A stretch of DNA of 64,000 nucleotides from Kudoa neothunni (taxonomy: Eukaryota; Animalia; Cnidaria), in NCBI GenBank assembly GCA_964304625.1, contig OZ199839.1, forward strand, positions 11,513,036 to 11,577,035, given 5' to 3'. The translations under genes were made by a program, and so were the position numbers. The notes beneath the pieces are model-generated. The model searched no databases. It had not been told where the DNA came from and saw only the letters and a program-made list of their open reading frames with translations. Numbering within the stretch: the stretch's first letter is position 1; the number at the start of each line of letters is the position of its first letter. Positions 27,260 through 40,240 of this stretch are shown here, piece by piece.

Positions 27260-27496
27260 ATCCCCATAAAACCTTACAAGGCATAAGTCACCAATTCTTT
27301 GGCAACGCACAAAATTAAAACAATTGATTTTAAAAGTAGAAAATGTAACTGCTATGTATTTTAATTTAATTTCTACCTTAATTTATTTTTTTACCATAAC
27401 GAGTTAATATAGAATTCATTTTGAACAATAAACACATCTTTTGGATGAATAATTAAGTAGAAATTTAACTATAATAATAAAATATTGTAAAGGAAA

Positions 27497-27769
27497 TTAC
27501 TCAGTTATAGTAATATTTTTAAGTTTTCTGGCATTTATACTGCGTATTTCTCGTTCAAAATCCGTTTGATGTTTACTACTATTTAAACCATGATATTTCA
27601 AGCAATGTCTTAAATCAGAAAAATGAGCGAGAGGCAATTCTGAATGGAATAATTTTTCGTTTTCTATCGTCAAATTTACGAAATTTGTCATCTCTGTGAC
27701 GGTTACCATCTTACCATCACTTATGAAAACATTAATGTTGGAGTCATTTCCATTATTGTTTGCGCCCAT
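27497..27769 (-). other. Unassigned 90-aa ORF or exon
   Basis: Open frame with protein-like composition and no recognised motif. Confidence 0.25.
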
Positions 27770-29200
27770 GCCTTCGCTGGTTTTGGAAAAATTTTATTAT
27801 TTTATATTTCTCAATTAACGGCCTAACTCAATTTTTATTTCTGTCCTTCATTTCGTCACCAATTGAAAACAAAAATCTCAACGCGTCTGAAAAGTTACGA
27901 ACCACACGTCGCTTCTAAATATCCATAAAAAACATAATTAATTACAAAATTTTTTATTTATATTCATAATAGTTAAAGAAATGTTTTGAAAAGTTAAAGA
28001 GATAAATAATTTATTATAATCATATATGTAAATTAATTTTTAAATATTTCTTCAAATTACGAACCGCACGTGTTACACTGAATGTCAACGACTTCTAAAT
28101 TATATTTATTACTTTATGATAATCAAAATAGTCTGTAATATTTTTAGAATATAATGGCACATTAGAATTCAAACTTTCAAAATTAAACAATATTTTAGTT
28201 TTTTGTGGTCGAATTTTCTACAAAATCCAGCCATATGAGCTTAACTAAAGCATAAATATCTACCAAAAAAATATATAAACTAAACATCTTATTTTATCAT
28301 AATAAACCATAATCAAATTTATTTATTTTATTAAAAAGAACAGCAAAATAATTGGTGATGAAAAGATTAAAACAAATGCGCAAAAAGGTGTATTTAGATG
28401 CGACAGGTTCTACAAATACCTAATATCTTCTATTATTAACTCGGATCTTTCTAACCTATCAAGAAGGAAAATATCTGATTAATTATAGACAATGATAAGT
28501 AACGATTCAAATCCTAATATAATACAGACTTAACTAACACTGTTAGGGAATGAATCAGAAGGTTTCATAAAATTTACAATTAAATTTTGTGGGAATTTAG
28601 TAATCCTGTCCAACATCTATAATAGTAAAAAAATTATTGTAAACGAATAGACGAAAATAAGCTAAGTTTAGCGATAGAAATGAAATAAACGTGCCCTTTA
28701 CAAAAACCACAGTGTTTTTCTTTCTCCCATAGTTATGTACGGTTTTTTTCTTTTGAGTCTACATATTCATAGTTAATAGATATACCAATATTTTTAATTT
28801 AAGTTGCAAAAGCTCAACTTTATTAATTAATAAATAGTAAAAATTGTTTATACATCAACTAAACAATTCTCTAAGTAGAATTTCAAAAATGCGTGCTTAT
28901 ATGACATTGTTTATGTTCGATTAACTGGAACTAAAATTGCTGGTCCAAAATTTTTCAGATAATCGTGGTTCGACTGACTGCATATCGAGAGAAAACTAGA
29001 TTGAAATAAAAAAATTATATAAATTTTTCAAAAAAACTAGGCGAAGTTTAAGAATTTTGTGAAAATAGTAAATTTGTGGTGATTGGCTAAATATCCTACC
29101 TTTTTAAATAGAATAATGACATTAATTAAATCATAAATGTGTTTCTAAGACAAAATAAATATGGAATTGTTTCGTCTACATCTACATCTACATACTGAAA

Positions 29201-29388
29201 TATAGTAAGTCGAAAATAAATCAACGGCATCGAATCAGGTACTCTAAATTAGATTGATTTATTGAGAAAACAATTTATAAGATCAGCGCACACACGATTA
29301 CTCGACTTGGTTAACACAGCTAAGTAAACAAATAGCGGGCATCTTACCGGTGATTGTAATACAACCAATGCAATACACACCTCTAACA
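29201..29388 (-). mobile_element. Possible solo LTR
   Basis: The minus strand starts TGTTAG, contains AATAAA and ends ACTATA (a CA would be mutated). Flanks are CTGAAA/TTGAAA. Confidence 0.35.
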
Positions 29389-29397
29389 TTGAAATTA

Positions 29398-30964
29398 GGC
29401 GCTGGCTATTCTTACGACAGTGAATATCATTTTTCCTACTTTAGATATTTCTAATCTGAATTTGAAAATGTGTGAATACATTTTTTTCATGTAGAATTTT
29501 TACTATTTATAAATTAATGTTAGTTATCTTAGTTCATACGTTTTTGGAATTATCCATTGCATTCACCTAATTATTACGATAATAAACCAGTTATTTTTAC
29601 ATTTATAACAATTTATGTATATTTAAACCACAAGTTTACCTCAGTTGTGACGATGTAACTTTATTTGCACATGATCTCATTGATTGGTCCACGTGTTGAC
29701 GTTATGATCTGACACGAATTAATTGTATGAACTGTTATCATTTTATAAAATGTTTACATCATAATTTAGCAAGTATTGATGATTTTTTTTAATTTTAAAT
29801 AAAATAGACTCAGCCGAAAAAATTATACGCCACCAGTTGATAATGAATGCTATGTAACATTAAAATATAAATCATAAAACAAACATAATCAGGAACCTAT
29901 ATTTGGTCATTTTTATAATCCCTTAAGTTTTTATCAAAAATATATATTAAAATATTTTTAATCAGGAGTCCAACAATAGTTAATCTGCTTCCCCTAGGTC
30001 TTTCGACAAATTTGACGTTGGATTGAATAGGTATATCTCTAAAAATATTATTATAAGCAACCTCAAATTATTTACTTTTATATTTATTATGATTCTTTTT
30101 TTGATTTAACATTTGGTTGCAGTTATGTAGGTAAATACATTGCTATCATCTAATATTATGTGGATTTACGCGTTTTCTTCAGTATAATCATCAACATAAC
30201 TTAACTTTTATATTATATTAATAAAATTCACTCTCAGTTTTAGGAGATATAATTTTTTTGGGAACGTTTGTGTTGGAATTCGTGCTGTGACTACCACATT
30301 ACATTGGTCCAACTTGATCAGTTTATATAGGTTTTATATCTGCATTTAAGTTACTCGAGGGGATAGGATAGATTTGGTTAATTCATATTTGTAAATGCCT
30401 TAAAATTGTATCACATTATTTTCAAAATAATTTATCGCATTTATGATCAATTTCATCTTTGGTCCACATTGGTGGAAACTATCAATAAGCGCTTCATTTT
30501 TTCTAACGCCATAGGGGAAGGATTAATACTAAGAAAAGTGCCAAAAAATTAAAAACCTATACTGCAATTTATTATCTTAATTTAAAAAAATACGCTTTTT
30601 GAATAACATAGATGTTTTATAGACCTTTAAAATTAGACTTAGTAACGCTCTCAATAATCTGATGAAGTCATAGAGCATTGACACGTGGACCAATCAATGA
30701 GTTCATGTGTAAATAAAGTTACATTATCGCAATTAGGAAAACCTGCTGATTTGAATATGCGTAAACAGCAAAAAGAAAGAAAAAGAATAGATCTTTGGTC
30801 TTAGTGAATGATAGGAAGTCAGCAAAAATGCCCACAACTTACAAATTAATTGGATTAAAATAACAATTTGTAAAACCTGAAAATTCTATAACATTTTCAA
30901 ACTCAGATTTGAAACATCTAACGAAGGAAAAAAGACATTCATTGTCACAAGAATAACCACTCGC
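29398..30964 (-). mobile_element. Mutator-like (MULE) foldback element with TIRs of about 350 bp
   Basis: Arms at about 29398-29750 and 30620-30964 are reverse complements (e.g. ATGTAACTTTATTT.CACATGA.CTCATTGATTGGTCCACGTGT). The 9-bp TSD is TTGAAATTA/TTAAAATTA. An internal minus-strand remnant RPRGSRLTIVGL resembles the MULE/ZSWIM RGRPKG..TVIGL motif. Confidence 0.8.
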
Positions 30965-31099
30965 TTAAAATTATCTAACTTCAACATTTTAGCTTAATAA
31001 CAACCAAAATACATCAGAAACAGCATCGCAAAAGTACAGAAACAAATTTATAATTTCAAAAGAATTAAATAACGATGGGGGAATATGACATACAGTTGG

Positions 31100-31786
31100 T
31101 TAGATTGGTTGAATTTTAAAATGAAGACTGATCAACGAAAATACGAAACATTTCAAATCTTGAATCAGGTAATAGAACAATGTCAACCCCTCAGGATCAC
31201 TAAAAGTTATTGTTATGGCAACAATGTCACAATAACGAAAATTATTACTTTGATTTGTTTACATCATTAAGCGTTCCAATTTTGTCGGTGGCGAATGAGA
31301 TATGAGTTGAGCCGCACACAATTTCCAATTCCTAATCGCTGTATCAACAACACCAACCACACAATCAATCATTTACTTGGAGAGCTTCTTCTTTTGGTTT
31401 AGGCCAATTTTCGTCACTTTCATCCAGAATCTACACACAAACACACATATCAATTGATACTCCAAATGGATCCATTAAAATCACCTGAGATTCAACGATA
31501 ATGCGTCTGAACTCATTCATGACAGGTTTACGAACAAAAACCTATAAATTCAATTATTTGTACACATTCCCAGCCATACAATAAGTTTACATTTTTACTA
31601 ATGCAACGTTCTTTTCGATAGTTGGATGAATTGGAATAACGTAACAAGCCTACCGCATGATTATACATTGCTATTGGATGTGATCAGCTCAATTTTACCG
31701 TCAGGTCTCAGCTCAAACTTTAGATATTCGAGACCGTATTTACCGCTGTGGCCAACGTAATACCTCAAATAGAAATCCTCCTCCAT
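31100..31786 (-). CDS. MAGOH: Mago nashi, exon junction complex core subunit, 6 exons, 146 aa
   Basis: Exons 31786-31699, 31649-31591, 31541-31485, 31430-31377, 31331-31249 and 31199-31100 give [30 protein letters not shown]...[13 protein letters not shown]...[32 protein letters not shown]. The introns are GT-AG and 49, 49, 54, 45 and 49 nt long. Confidence 0.97.
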
Positions 31787-31805
31787 GCTCGATAGTGTCC
31801 TGATC

Positions 31806-31829
31806 GTGTGCGCATGCTTACGCACATCG
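31806..31829. promoter_or_regulatory. NRF1-like TGCGCATGC motif within a short inverted repeat upstream of mago nashi
   Basis: GTGTGCGCATGCTTACGCACAT lies about 20-40 bp upstream of the ATG. Confidence 0.5.
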
Positions 31830-32035
31830 TAATATGCGTAGGCATTGTCCAGATGCTTTCCAAACCAACCTGAATCTTAAATTTACTAATTTTACGATTA
31901 AAATTTTTTGAATATTTTCAATTTACTCGAAAAACAACAAAATTCTTGAAATGTTTTTAAAAATAAACCCTGCGCATTCACACGAAATCAGAGGAAATGT
32001 CAGTAGTTGCATTTCGGTGTAAATAAATTTAATAT

Positions 32036-32090
32036 GAATTTAATTAATTAGAATTTAATTAATTAGAATTTAATTAATTAGAATTTAATT
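32036..32090. repeat. 15-bp tandem repeat (GAATTTAATTAATTA), about 3.6 copies
   Basis: Read directly. Confidence 0.85.
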
Positions 32091-32581
32091 TGCGACTTGT
32101 CAAGCGCAAACAATGACGCATGTAAACGTATTAAAAACTAAGAATAAAGTGTTTCCAATCTTATTTCGATCGCGTCCTACTTTTTCTTAAAAAATTCCCT
32201 GCCTCACCTCTTCAAAAGTATTGATTTTTTTAAATTAACCTTCCCTGTACTGCTCGGAAAAAATCACACGCGTTCCGATGAGGTCCGGACGGATCCCAGA
32301 AAAAACTATTTGGATGGCCTTTAATTTTTGTGTCTTGCATTAAACAATTTTTCAACTATTTATCAGCCAAAGTACAGTATAGCGATGGGAGTCGGTATAT
32401 TTCGCGAGAATTCGGCTAGAAGTTCGTAGCGTAAAAAAACATATTTAGTAATGTAAATAAATTTAATTAATAAGATATACATATATATATATATATATTG
32501 GAAGTGTATTATCTGTAATATTTTTTTAAATTGGTGTTCAGCCAAATAGGAACCTATTAGCTCCAATTTTTGTTAGCAATA

Positions 32582-33346
32582 CAGTAAGTAACCAATTTCA
32601 CGCACTTTTTCGGGTGCCTCTTGTTTATTATTTAGTTAGGTCAATATTTAATGCCATAAAACCGCTAATGTATCGCATTTTTAAATATTTATTATCTCGA
32701 CTCCTAATGGCATCCTAGAGATGAAAAATAAAATAATCAAAACCTATAAATGTTTGCAGAATCTAAACATAGAAATTATTTACGTGTAGCACAATTTAAC
32801 TCTTTTGATGAAGATGTATATGAGTGGTGCATTAGGCGGATACGAAGCAAAAAGATTGTAGTAAGCGTTGTCACGATAATCATCCAGAGAAATCAGTTGG
32901 TAAAAGAAAAAGGTTTACCTTCGTGTGCAATTTGTGGAGGGTTCCGTTGTTAACAAAAATCAAATTTTATTAGCTAATCCGATGATGCTACACCTGAAAT
33001 TACCTCAGAGTAGACCAATCAAATCAAAACTTTTTTTAAAAGATACTCTGAAAATTTTATCTACAATGTAGACGAAACTGCCTTATTCTACTGATAACAA
33101 CAAGAAGAATATTGCATAGATCGTTGAAAAATATTTTTGTGCTGTTAATGCATTTATCGAGTTTTAAGTATCGTTTAAAAATTGAGGTATAGTTAACTAG
33201 TCTTTATAAAAGAAATTCAGTCATTATTAAATGCTAATTTTTTTCTGAAATAATTGCGTCTGCGAGTGGGTGAAATTGGATGTGATCGGTTTTATGCACT
33301 TTTTTTCTTGGTCCCGAAGGGATTACGTGAAATTGGTTTCTTACTG
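32582..33346 (+). mobile_element. Internally deleted pogo/Tigger element
   Basis: Termini are TA|CAGTAAGTAACCAATTTCACG ... CGTGAAATTGGTTTCTTACTG|TA. It has a CENP-B HTH remnant (DEDVYEW..RIRSK) and YNVDETALFY. Confidence 0.9.
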
Positions 33347-33443
33347 TAATCGTATTTATCCAATGAATTATTGAGTTAATATTTTTGTGCTTTTGATAAT
33401 CCATCTTCGTCTCAATTCTGCTATTTTGATTGTTTGCTATTAA

Positions 33444-34914
33444 ATGAAACTGTGCTTTTTCAAAATATTTGTTGTGCTATATTTCCCAAATTTGTTTGCA
33501 GGTATATAAACATATTCATCATATTCTGATAATATGTTAGATCCCATATTACCCTCTTACGAAAGAGATGAGGGAGATTGGCCTGTCGGTGTACAAATAA
33601 GTATGGACAATGTCATTGATAGATGGTTCATTGACATCCAAGATGCTAAATGCAAACCTCTCGAATACCGAGGTATCAAAGGAAACTATAATAATTTCGC
33701 CTCAAAGGGACTATGTGAACTTCACGGTATTTTTCTAAATTAGTGTAAATTTCTGATAATATCTTGCAGGAACGTTGACAACAAAAGAAAAAATTCAAGG
33801 ATGCAAAAAACCCATGCATCCAGGACATTGCGTAAAAAACACACAAACAAGTAATCAATTCTACTTTGATCAAACAAACGCCAAATGTGTTTCGTTCCCA
33901 TATAATGGATGTGGGGGGAGCTTTAATCGTTACATTGATGAAAAAGAATGCAAATTATATTGCTTAAGTAAAAAAATATGAACATTTCCATTGGACTAAA
34001 TAATTTTTGTAGATAAAAGGAATGGCGGGCTTACAAATTCTGATGATGACAAAATAAAAGCAGCCGATCCTGAGATCATATTCGCAGTACCAAATACATT
34101 GGATTGCGAACTTAGACCTGATGTTAAAGACAAAGATCCAAACACAGCAATTATTGCTGATAGAGAGAAAAACAAGTGTGCTTATGCAGCAGTCTCATTA
34201 GACTCAAACACAAGAGGGATATTCAATTCGTTTGGCGAATGTGTCAAAACATGTTTTCGTATAATTATTATTCATAATATCTTCGTCTTACATAATCTAG
34301 CATATCCAAATACACAATCTACTGGTGATGGTGTAACGCAATATAACAGGAGAATAGCTGCATGCGACATTGGTCCAACTCAAGTTGCTATAGATAACCC
34401 AGATGACCCATCAGCTGATATTGAGTTCCGATATTATTATGATCGTGAGAGAAAAGTGTGTAAACGCATGGAAACCAAACGAGCTACAGTATCATCCGTC
34501 TTTGTTCCAACAAAAAATGATTTTCCAACTATGGAAATGTGTCATAGTTATTGCGGAGCGGGTACTTACGTTGATTCATTAAAAAAATTAAATTATAAAG
34601 TCTTTCTATGGTTATATCGGATTAAAAATTATTTTGAATTCGGAATAAATTTAGAAAAGTATAAAAAAGAAATTGTGATCGAAGAAACCTGCGTTAAAGA
34701 CAAAATGGGTGAAATCGGCAAAAACGAAAATGCATTCAAAGTTAAAAGATTCTATTATGATGCATCTAATAAGAAATGCAAAGCTTTTTATTACAAAGGA
34801 TATGATGGGAACTCTAACAATTTTAAAACGGGGAATGAATGCATGGCGATCTGTGGTGGTCATTACAACAATGGAGACCCAATTATTGTAGAGGATATTC
34901 CTCAAACAGTATAG
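33444..34914 (+). CDS. Secreted multi-Kunitz/BPTI protein (5 domains, about 402 aa, 6 exons)
   Basis: Signal-peptide-like MKLCFFKIFVVLYFPNLFA. Exons 33444-33501, 33541-33726, 33770-33967, 34013-34258, 34301-34561 and 34655-34914 sum to 1209 nt in frame. Kunitz motifs RF/YYD..C..F.Y.G..GN.NNF....C...C are present. Confidence 0.92.
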
Positions 34915-35345
34915 GTATCATTCATATCGCCTTTTCTTTTCGAAATCATTATAAATTCAATCAATCAACTCTTTACTTCTTGATTTCTTATATATAAATT
35001 ATTATATACAATTTTTGAGCATTAATAAACTTCAAACAAATTATTTAGTAGGTTTGTAATGTTACGAGTGTGTGTTTTTTAACTTGAGAAATACCTTCTT
35101 TGTGATCTAGTTTTGCGTTTCTGTTTAACCACCAATAGAGTATCAATTTCTTTATTATCAAAGCATTATTTTTACGGGAAAATAGCAAATAATAAACTGA
35201 CATGTTTTGTTGTAATGTCACATAGTCGCACTATTTCTACCGCCTAATAATTTGTAACTCTAAGTTAACTCTCACCACGAATAACATATTTAAAAATAAA
35301 CTAAGTAAAATATAAAACCTTCAATAAAAATGGTTAATTCTTCAC

Positions 35346-35505
35346 GTAAATATGATGATGATGATGATGTAAATATGATGATGTAAATATGATGATGTAA
35401 ATATGATGATGATGATGTAAATATGATGATGTAAATATGATGATGATGATGATGTAAATATGATGATGATGATGATGATGATGTAAATATGATGATGTAA
35501 ATATG
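35346..35505. repeat. Compound minisatellite GTAAATAT(GAT)n
   Basis: Eight units with n = 5,2,2,4,2,5,7,2, plus a partial ninth. Confidence 0.92.
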
Positions 35506-36104
35506 TGCCAGGAAATTACTAACGTTTAGGGTAACTCAAACATAAATCGGCTACCTGTATGACAATAAACCATTAGACAATCACGTCATTATAACAACAG
35601 TAGCGCGAACTATTCAGTGTTGCTTGGGAGCGATTTCGCTTAGTGATGTTTCTTAATTATATTCAAAAAATATATTAATGTTTCAAATTAACTTATAGAA
35701 GCGGTAAAACTAAAAAAATTTAAAGGATCATAATTGAAGACTTGGATTTTTAAATTTTAATCCTGATCATTGTAGAACAAGGATGTACTAATCCCGGTGT
35801 TCTTTTAACGGTATCGTGGCGTGGTCCGGCGATAAATAATTTAAGGTCTGCATCATACTTTTCTGCATTCTCAATTTATATAAATTACCGTAAACTGTCT
35901 TACAAAACGTCATTTTCCCCCCGGGGATTTTTCAAAGCCGATTCTGATCCGGCTCAAAAAGTTTAAGCCACACTTTTTGGGTAAGTAACCAAAGATATAA
36001 AGATAGAACAAAATCTAGGAAATTGATTTTTATTACTCAAATTAATCTCTTGGTCTGGCACCAACTTCAGTGCCCTCTTTCTCAAAAACACATAAAAATC
36101 GTGT

Positions 36105-36318
36105 CAATATCAACCTAATTATTTTAAATAATAAGGAATATAAATAAACCGCTCGCACTGAATTTAATCATTGAAAATTCAACTTTACGATCGATTTCAA
36201 CTAAATCTAAGCAATATCAACCTAATTATTTTAAATAATAAGGAATATAAATAAACCGCTCGCACTGAATTTAATCATTGAAAATTCAACTTTACGATCG
36301 ATTTCAACTAAATCTAAG
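36105..36318. repeat. Perfect 107-bp tandem duplication
   Basis: 36105-36211 is identical to 36212-36318. Confidence 0.92.
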
Positions 36319-38199
36319 GACATTTGCTTTTTGACAATACAGTAGCGCAGGGTTATTACTAGGGGTTAAGATCGGTTTTGGTTTTAAAAATTTGTTTTTT
36401 AATTAATATAATTTAGCTTCTAATATTAATATATGCTGTATTTTAAACAACGAATGACTAAAATAATAATCAATCACATTTTATATATTTTTGGTAATGG
36501 TAAAATATGCGGCACTTATAGGACATCCTCTTACGCATGCTTTTTCGTATTTCTTTTTCACGACTCTTGATAATAAAATAAAAGAATACGGAGAGTAAAA
36601 ATTCAGCTGAAAATAATAACTTCAAAATTTTGAGAATTATTCATCCGGACGTGGTCGAATGTCGAATACACGTGTAATCTCCATCTTTTTTCAACAAACA
36701 TTGAATTATTTTGTTTGTTTCTTAGCTATTATTTCAAAAGTTATTTATTGTTATTATTTAGATTTTTTACTATTGATATATAAACAATTTTATACAAACT
36801 AACTTTAAAAATAAACTTTTTGCAAATTTCACCAAAATATCTCTTGTTTAACTATAAAAAAATAGTTTTGAATTTTAAAAAATATATCTTTATGTTGTAC
36901 AATTTGTTTTAGTTTATAATTTTTTTTCCTAAATTTCTTATTAGAAAATAAAAATTTATTCAATTTTTATTATTAAAATTCAGAAACCTATTCTTTTTAA
37001 ATGAAAATAATGAGTTTTTTACCTCGCAGTATCTGTAATATATCGGAAAAAAAATAATACGCTAAAATCTTATTGTTTTATAAGATTTTTTATGTGTCAA
37101 AATTTAGTCACAAATTCGGCAAAATATAGGAATTGAGAATTTTCCAAAGTTAAAACACAAAATATGATGAACCATTATTATTTTTATTGGTACACATATA
37201 GCAGGGTGAAACCAATAAATTTATAAAAATAACAATTCTTTGAATTTATAATAACAATATTTTGCGTTCATCGAATGTTATACTAAATACACACGTAAGA
37301 ATTCTTCTAATAAAGTAATAATTTCATATAATCCATCTTAAGTTATTTACCTATTGAAAGTAAATATTTATCTAAAATATAGTGTTTATTTATTATTAAA
37401 AAACTTGTCACTTCTAAAAAAATTGAAAAAATTCATTTTGAGAGCACGTAGTTATTTTCTCGTTTTGAAACCATTCACATTTAAAACCAACAAAAAAATG
37501 TATAGCTAAATTTGATATTGTAAAATTTGTTTTTATAAGGTATTGGACGCATTTCCCTTATAATATTAGGATTAGCACGACATCCAAAAACTATATAATA
37601 TTAAGGAACAACGCGCGTACTCGATTATATTCCAGTTAGTGTTGGTCTCTCTGTAGCGCATCTTACGCCAGGCCTCGTAGACATAACAACATCGATATAA
37701 AAAATATCATTGTCGGACGTTTGACACCATTTGGAGTTTTGGGTTTACGACAATCATCTATATGAGTCAAATCAATTCAACAATATTTAAATCACCAATT
37801 AACATTATTACATCATTGAATTCATTTTTCCATGAACGTAACACGGATACATCATACGAGAAAATTATTATTGCACAATGCGTGGAGCGAATAAATTTCC
37901 TAATAATGAAAAATCATATAAACATTCTATTTAAATGCTAAAACAAGTTAAATGAAGAAAATTGAATATTTACTCCGCTAAATTACAAGAATGAAGAGGT
38001 TTGGTTTTTCTTAAGTAACGTCTTATATCACTGGTTCCTAAAGACCAACTTCTTTTCTTTTTTTTACATTAATTTATAATCCATTTTCACAATTTTTTGG
38101 TCAATTATGTTTTAAAAAGAATTCTTTAAATAGGTAAAAATAATTTTTTTGGACCTATAGACACTTCTTTACACTCCGTATAAAATATTCTAAATGTAT

Positions 38200-39072
38200 T
38201 TTTATTTATTTCTAGATCATCTTTCTTCATTACGACTACACAAGATTCGTTCAGCTTGAATCATATCAAATGCATGTATCGTATGATGAATCTAAAGATT
38301 CGATCAAATGGTTGTTAAATGCATTAGTTGATGCTGATCCTTTATTGATGACAAATTTATGAACAATAATAACAGTGAAATATCAATGCCTCTAAAAGTG
38401 CTTTAACATAACGTTTGAATCTATTTCCCTATTGATATGTATATGTAGGTTTCATCTCTGTCAAATTTCCAGCGTGAAATTAAATAGGAAAATATGGTAT
38501 CAATTCAGAATGGAAGCTCTTCTATGAACATTTTAAATTAAATAGTTTATATTATTAGTAAAGATCAATTTTATTCCTATGTGATAAATTATGTGGCACA
38601 GAGTCCCCAACGTCTCTATTTATTTTGATAAAATTAGGAACTCAATCGTAAACTAATGGATAATTGGCTTAGGTTCAGCCGAAAATTATAATAACTGCAA
38701 AAATTTTAGATTGGAATCAATAAATGGCAAAATTAGATGCATTATTAAAATTTTTCAGCTCCACATGAAATCTTAATATATTTCTTCAGTTACTTGAAAT
38801 CTATGAGAATTGAAAGAAAATTACCAATAATAATCGGGTTTTTAAAATCATATGTTACCATAACTAACAACGAAACTTTCAGGCATTACTATACTCATAG
38901 GAAACCCAACACATCTAATATTGTTTGGGAGGAATTATCCAAAATAAAAATTAGAAGGAGACTGAAGATAAGTAGAGCATTTGTTATTGGGCTCACCAAA
39001 AAACAATCAATAAAAGTCGAATTAATAATTTTTTTGGATAAAATTTGGATTTATGAATTAAAAAAATTGTGA
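38200..39072 (+). pseudogene. Degraded unknown intron-containing gene fragment
   Basis: Exon-like stretches are bounded by GT/AG and contain in-frame stops; includes ORF 38794. I recognised no family. Confidence 0.3.
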
Positions 39073-39141
39073 CTCATTGAATTTAATAAAACTAACATTT
39101 TAACAAATCAATAAAATTGTTTTCAAGAAAAATAACATAAA

Positions 39142-40240
39142 ATGTGGAAAATATTAAGATTACGACAAACAAAAGGTAAAAACATAGTTTCATTCAAAAA
39201 TACGAGGGAGTTCGGAAGCCTCGGTTTTTTTGCTATTTATAGCCATTGGAATCACTTGTGAAAAGTTAGCTGTTACCTGTGTCACATTAAAATTTGTAAC
39301 GTGCGAGTTGGTGGAAAATTTGAATTAATTGGCCAAGAATGTCGTAAATTAGCATTCATTACTATTATTAAATCAAGAAAAGTACGGTTTTGGTACATGT
39401 GAGATGATTAAGGTATGGTTTTAATAAACAAATTCTCCACTTTAAATTGAAAAAAAACTTTTACACATTTCTTGGAAAAAATATAATCGAATATATTTGT
39501 GGAATCAAATTTTTAATATCTCATTTATTCTAGAAGATATTCCCATCCATGCTTATAGTTAATCCCTAATGGGGATTAAATGGATCCATGAAAATAACCA
39601 CTTCCTTAACCAAATTCCTTTTGATAAATAATAATAAGTGTGGATTAAGATTATTAGAGGATATTCTTAAAGTGCTTGAGTATTTATTATCGGAATATAG
39701 AATTGACGATATTTTAATGTATTCGATTTGTATTTGTCTGAACAATTAATGAATTGTTCGAGTTTGGGGAAAATTTACATATATTATATATTTTGATAAT
39801 ATGCCACGAAAAAATTTCTTTGTTTGATTGGTACTTAGGTATGAATTCCATTCTCTAAGCTCATTGTTTCTAATTCGTATATTTGTTTATATTATATTAT
39901 TACGTCAAATCTTGGTTTTATAACTTTTTGTTGAATTTATTTCCCTTAGTGAAATTAAAAAATTAATTAATTTTTTTAAGAGTTGCAAATAATTTAAAAA
40001 TGAACGATTAACGCTGATAAAATACGAAAATAAAATGAGCCTACGGAATGGAGATGTTTTGTGGCAATTAGGATTCACACCATTGGACAGTCATAGGTAA
40101 TAACAGGACCTGTTAAATATTTCACTAAGATTTTTGTTACGTGTAATGTTTATTCCACCTTATAGGGAATCCCTTTGTTCAATTATTCATATTTTATATT
40201 GATACCTGTATTATCATGATCATCATCCGTGCTTAAAGTT
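39142..40240 (+). pseudogene. GDA1/CD39-like paralog B, internally deleted
   Basis: CEKLAVTCVTLKF (ACR1 position); GKFELIGQECRK (cf. CD39 QVEECRVK); KWIHENNHF (shared with paralog C at DNA level); HEKISLFDWYLGMNSIL (ACR3 position); KMSLRNGDVLWQLGF (ACR5 W.LG); then a hydrophobic tail. Confidence 0.6.

Noticed and set aside
34099-34914. The 271-aa ORF as a standalone gene
   Set aside because: It is exons 4-6 of the Kunitz gene read through two in-frame introns.
35346-35505. Repeat-spacer pattern as a CRISPR array
   Set aside because: The spacers are just (GAT)n, the repeat is 8 bp, the context is eukaryotic, and there are no cas genes.
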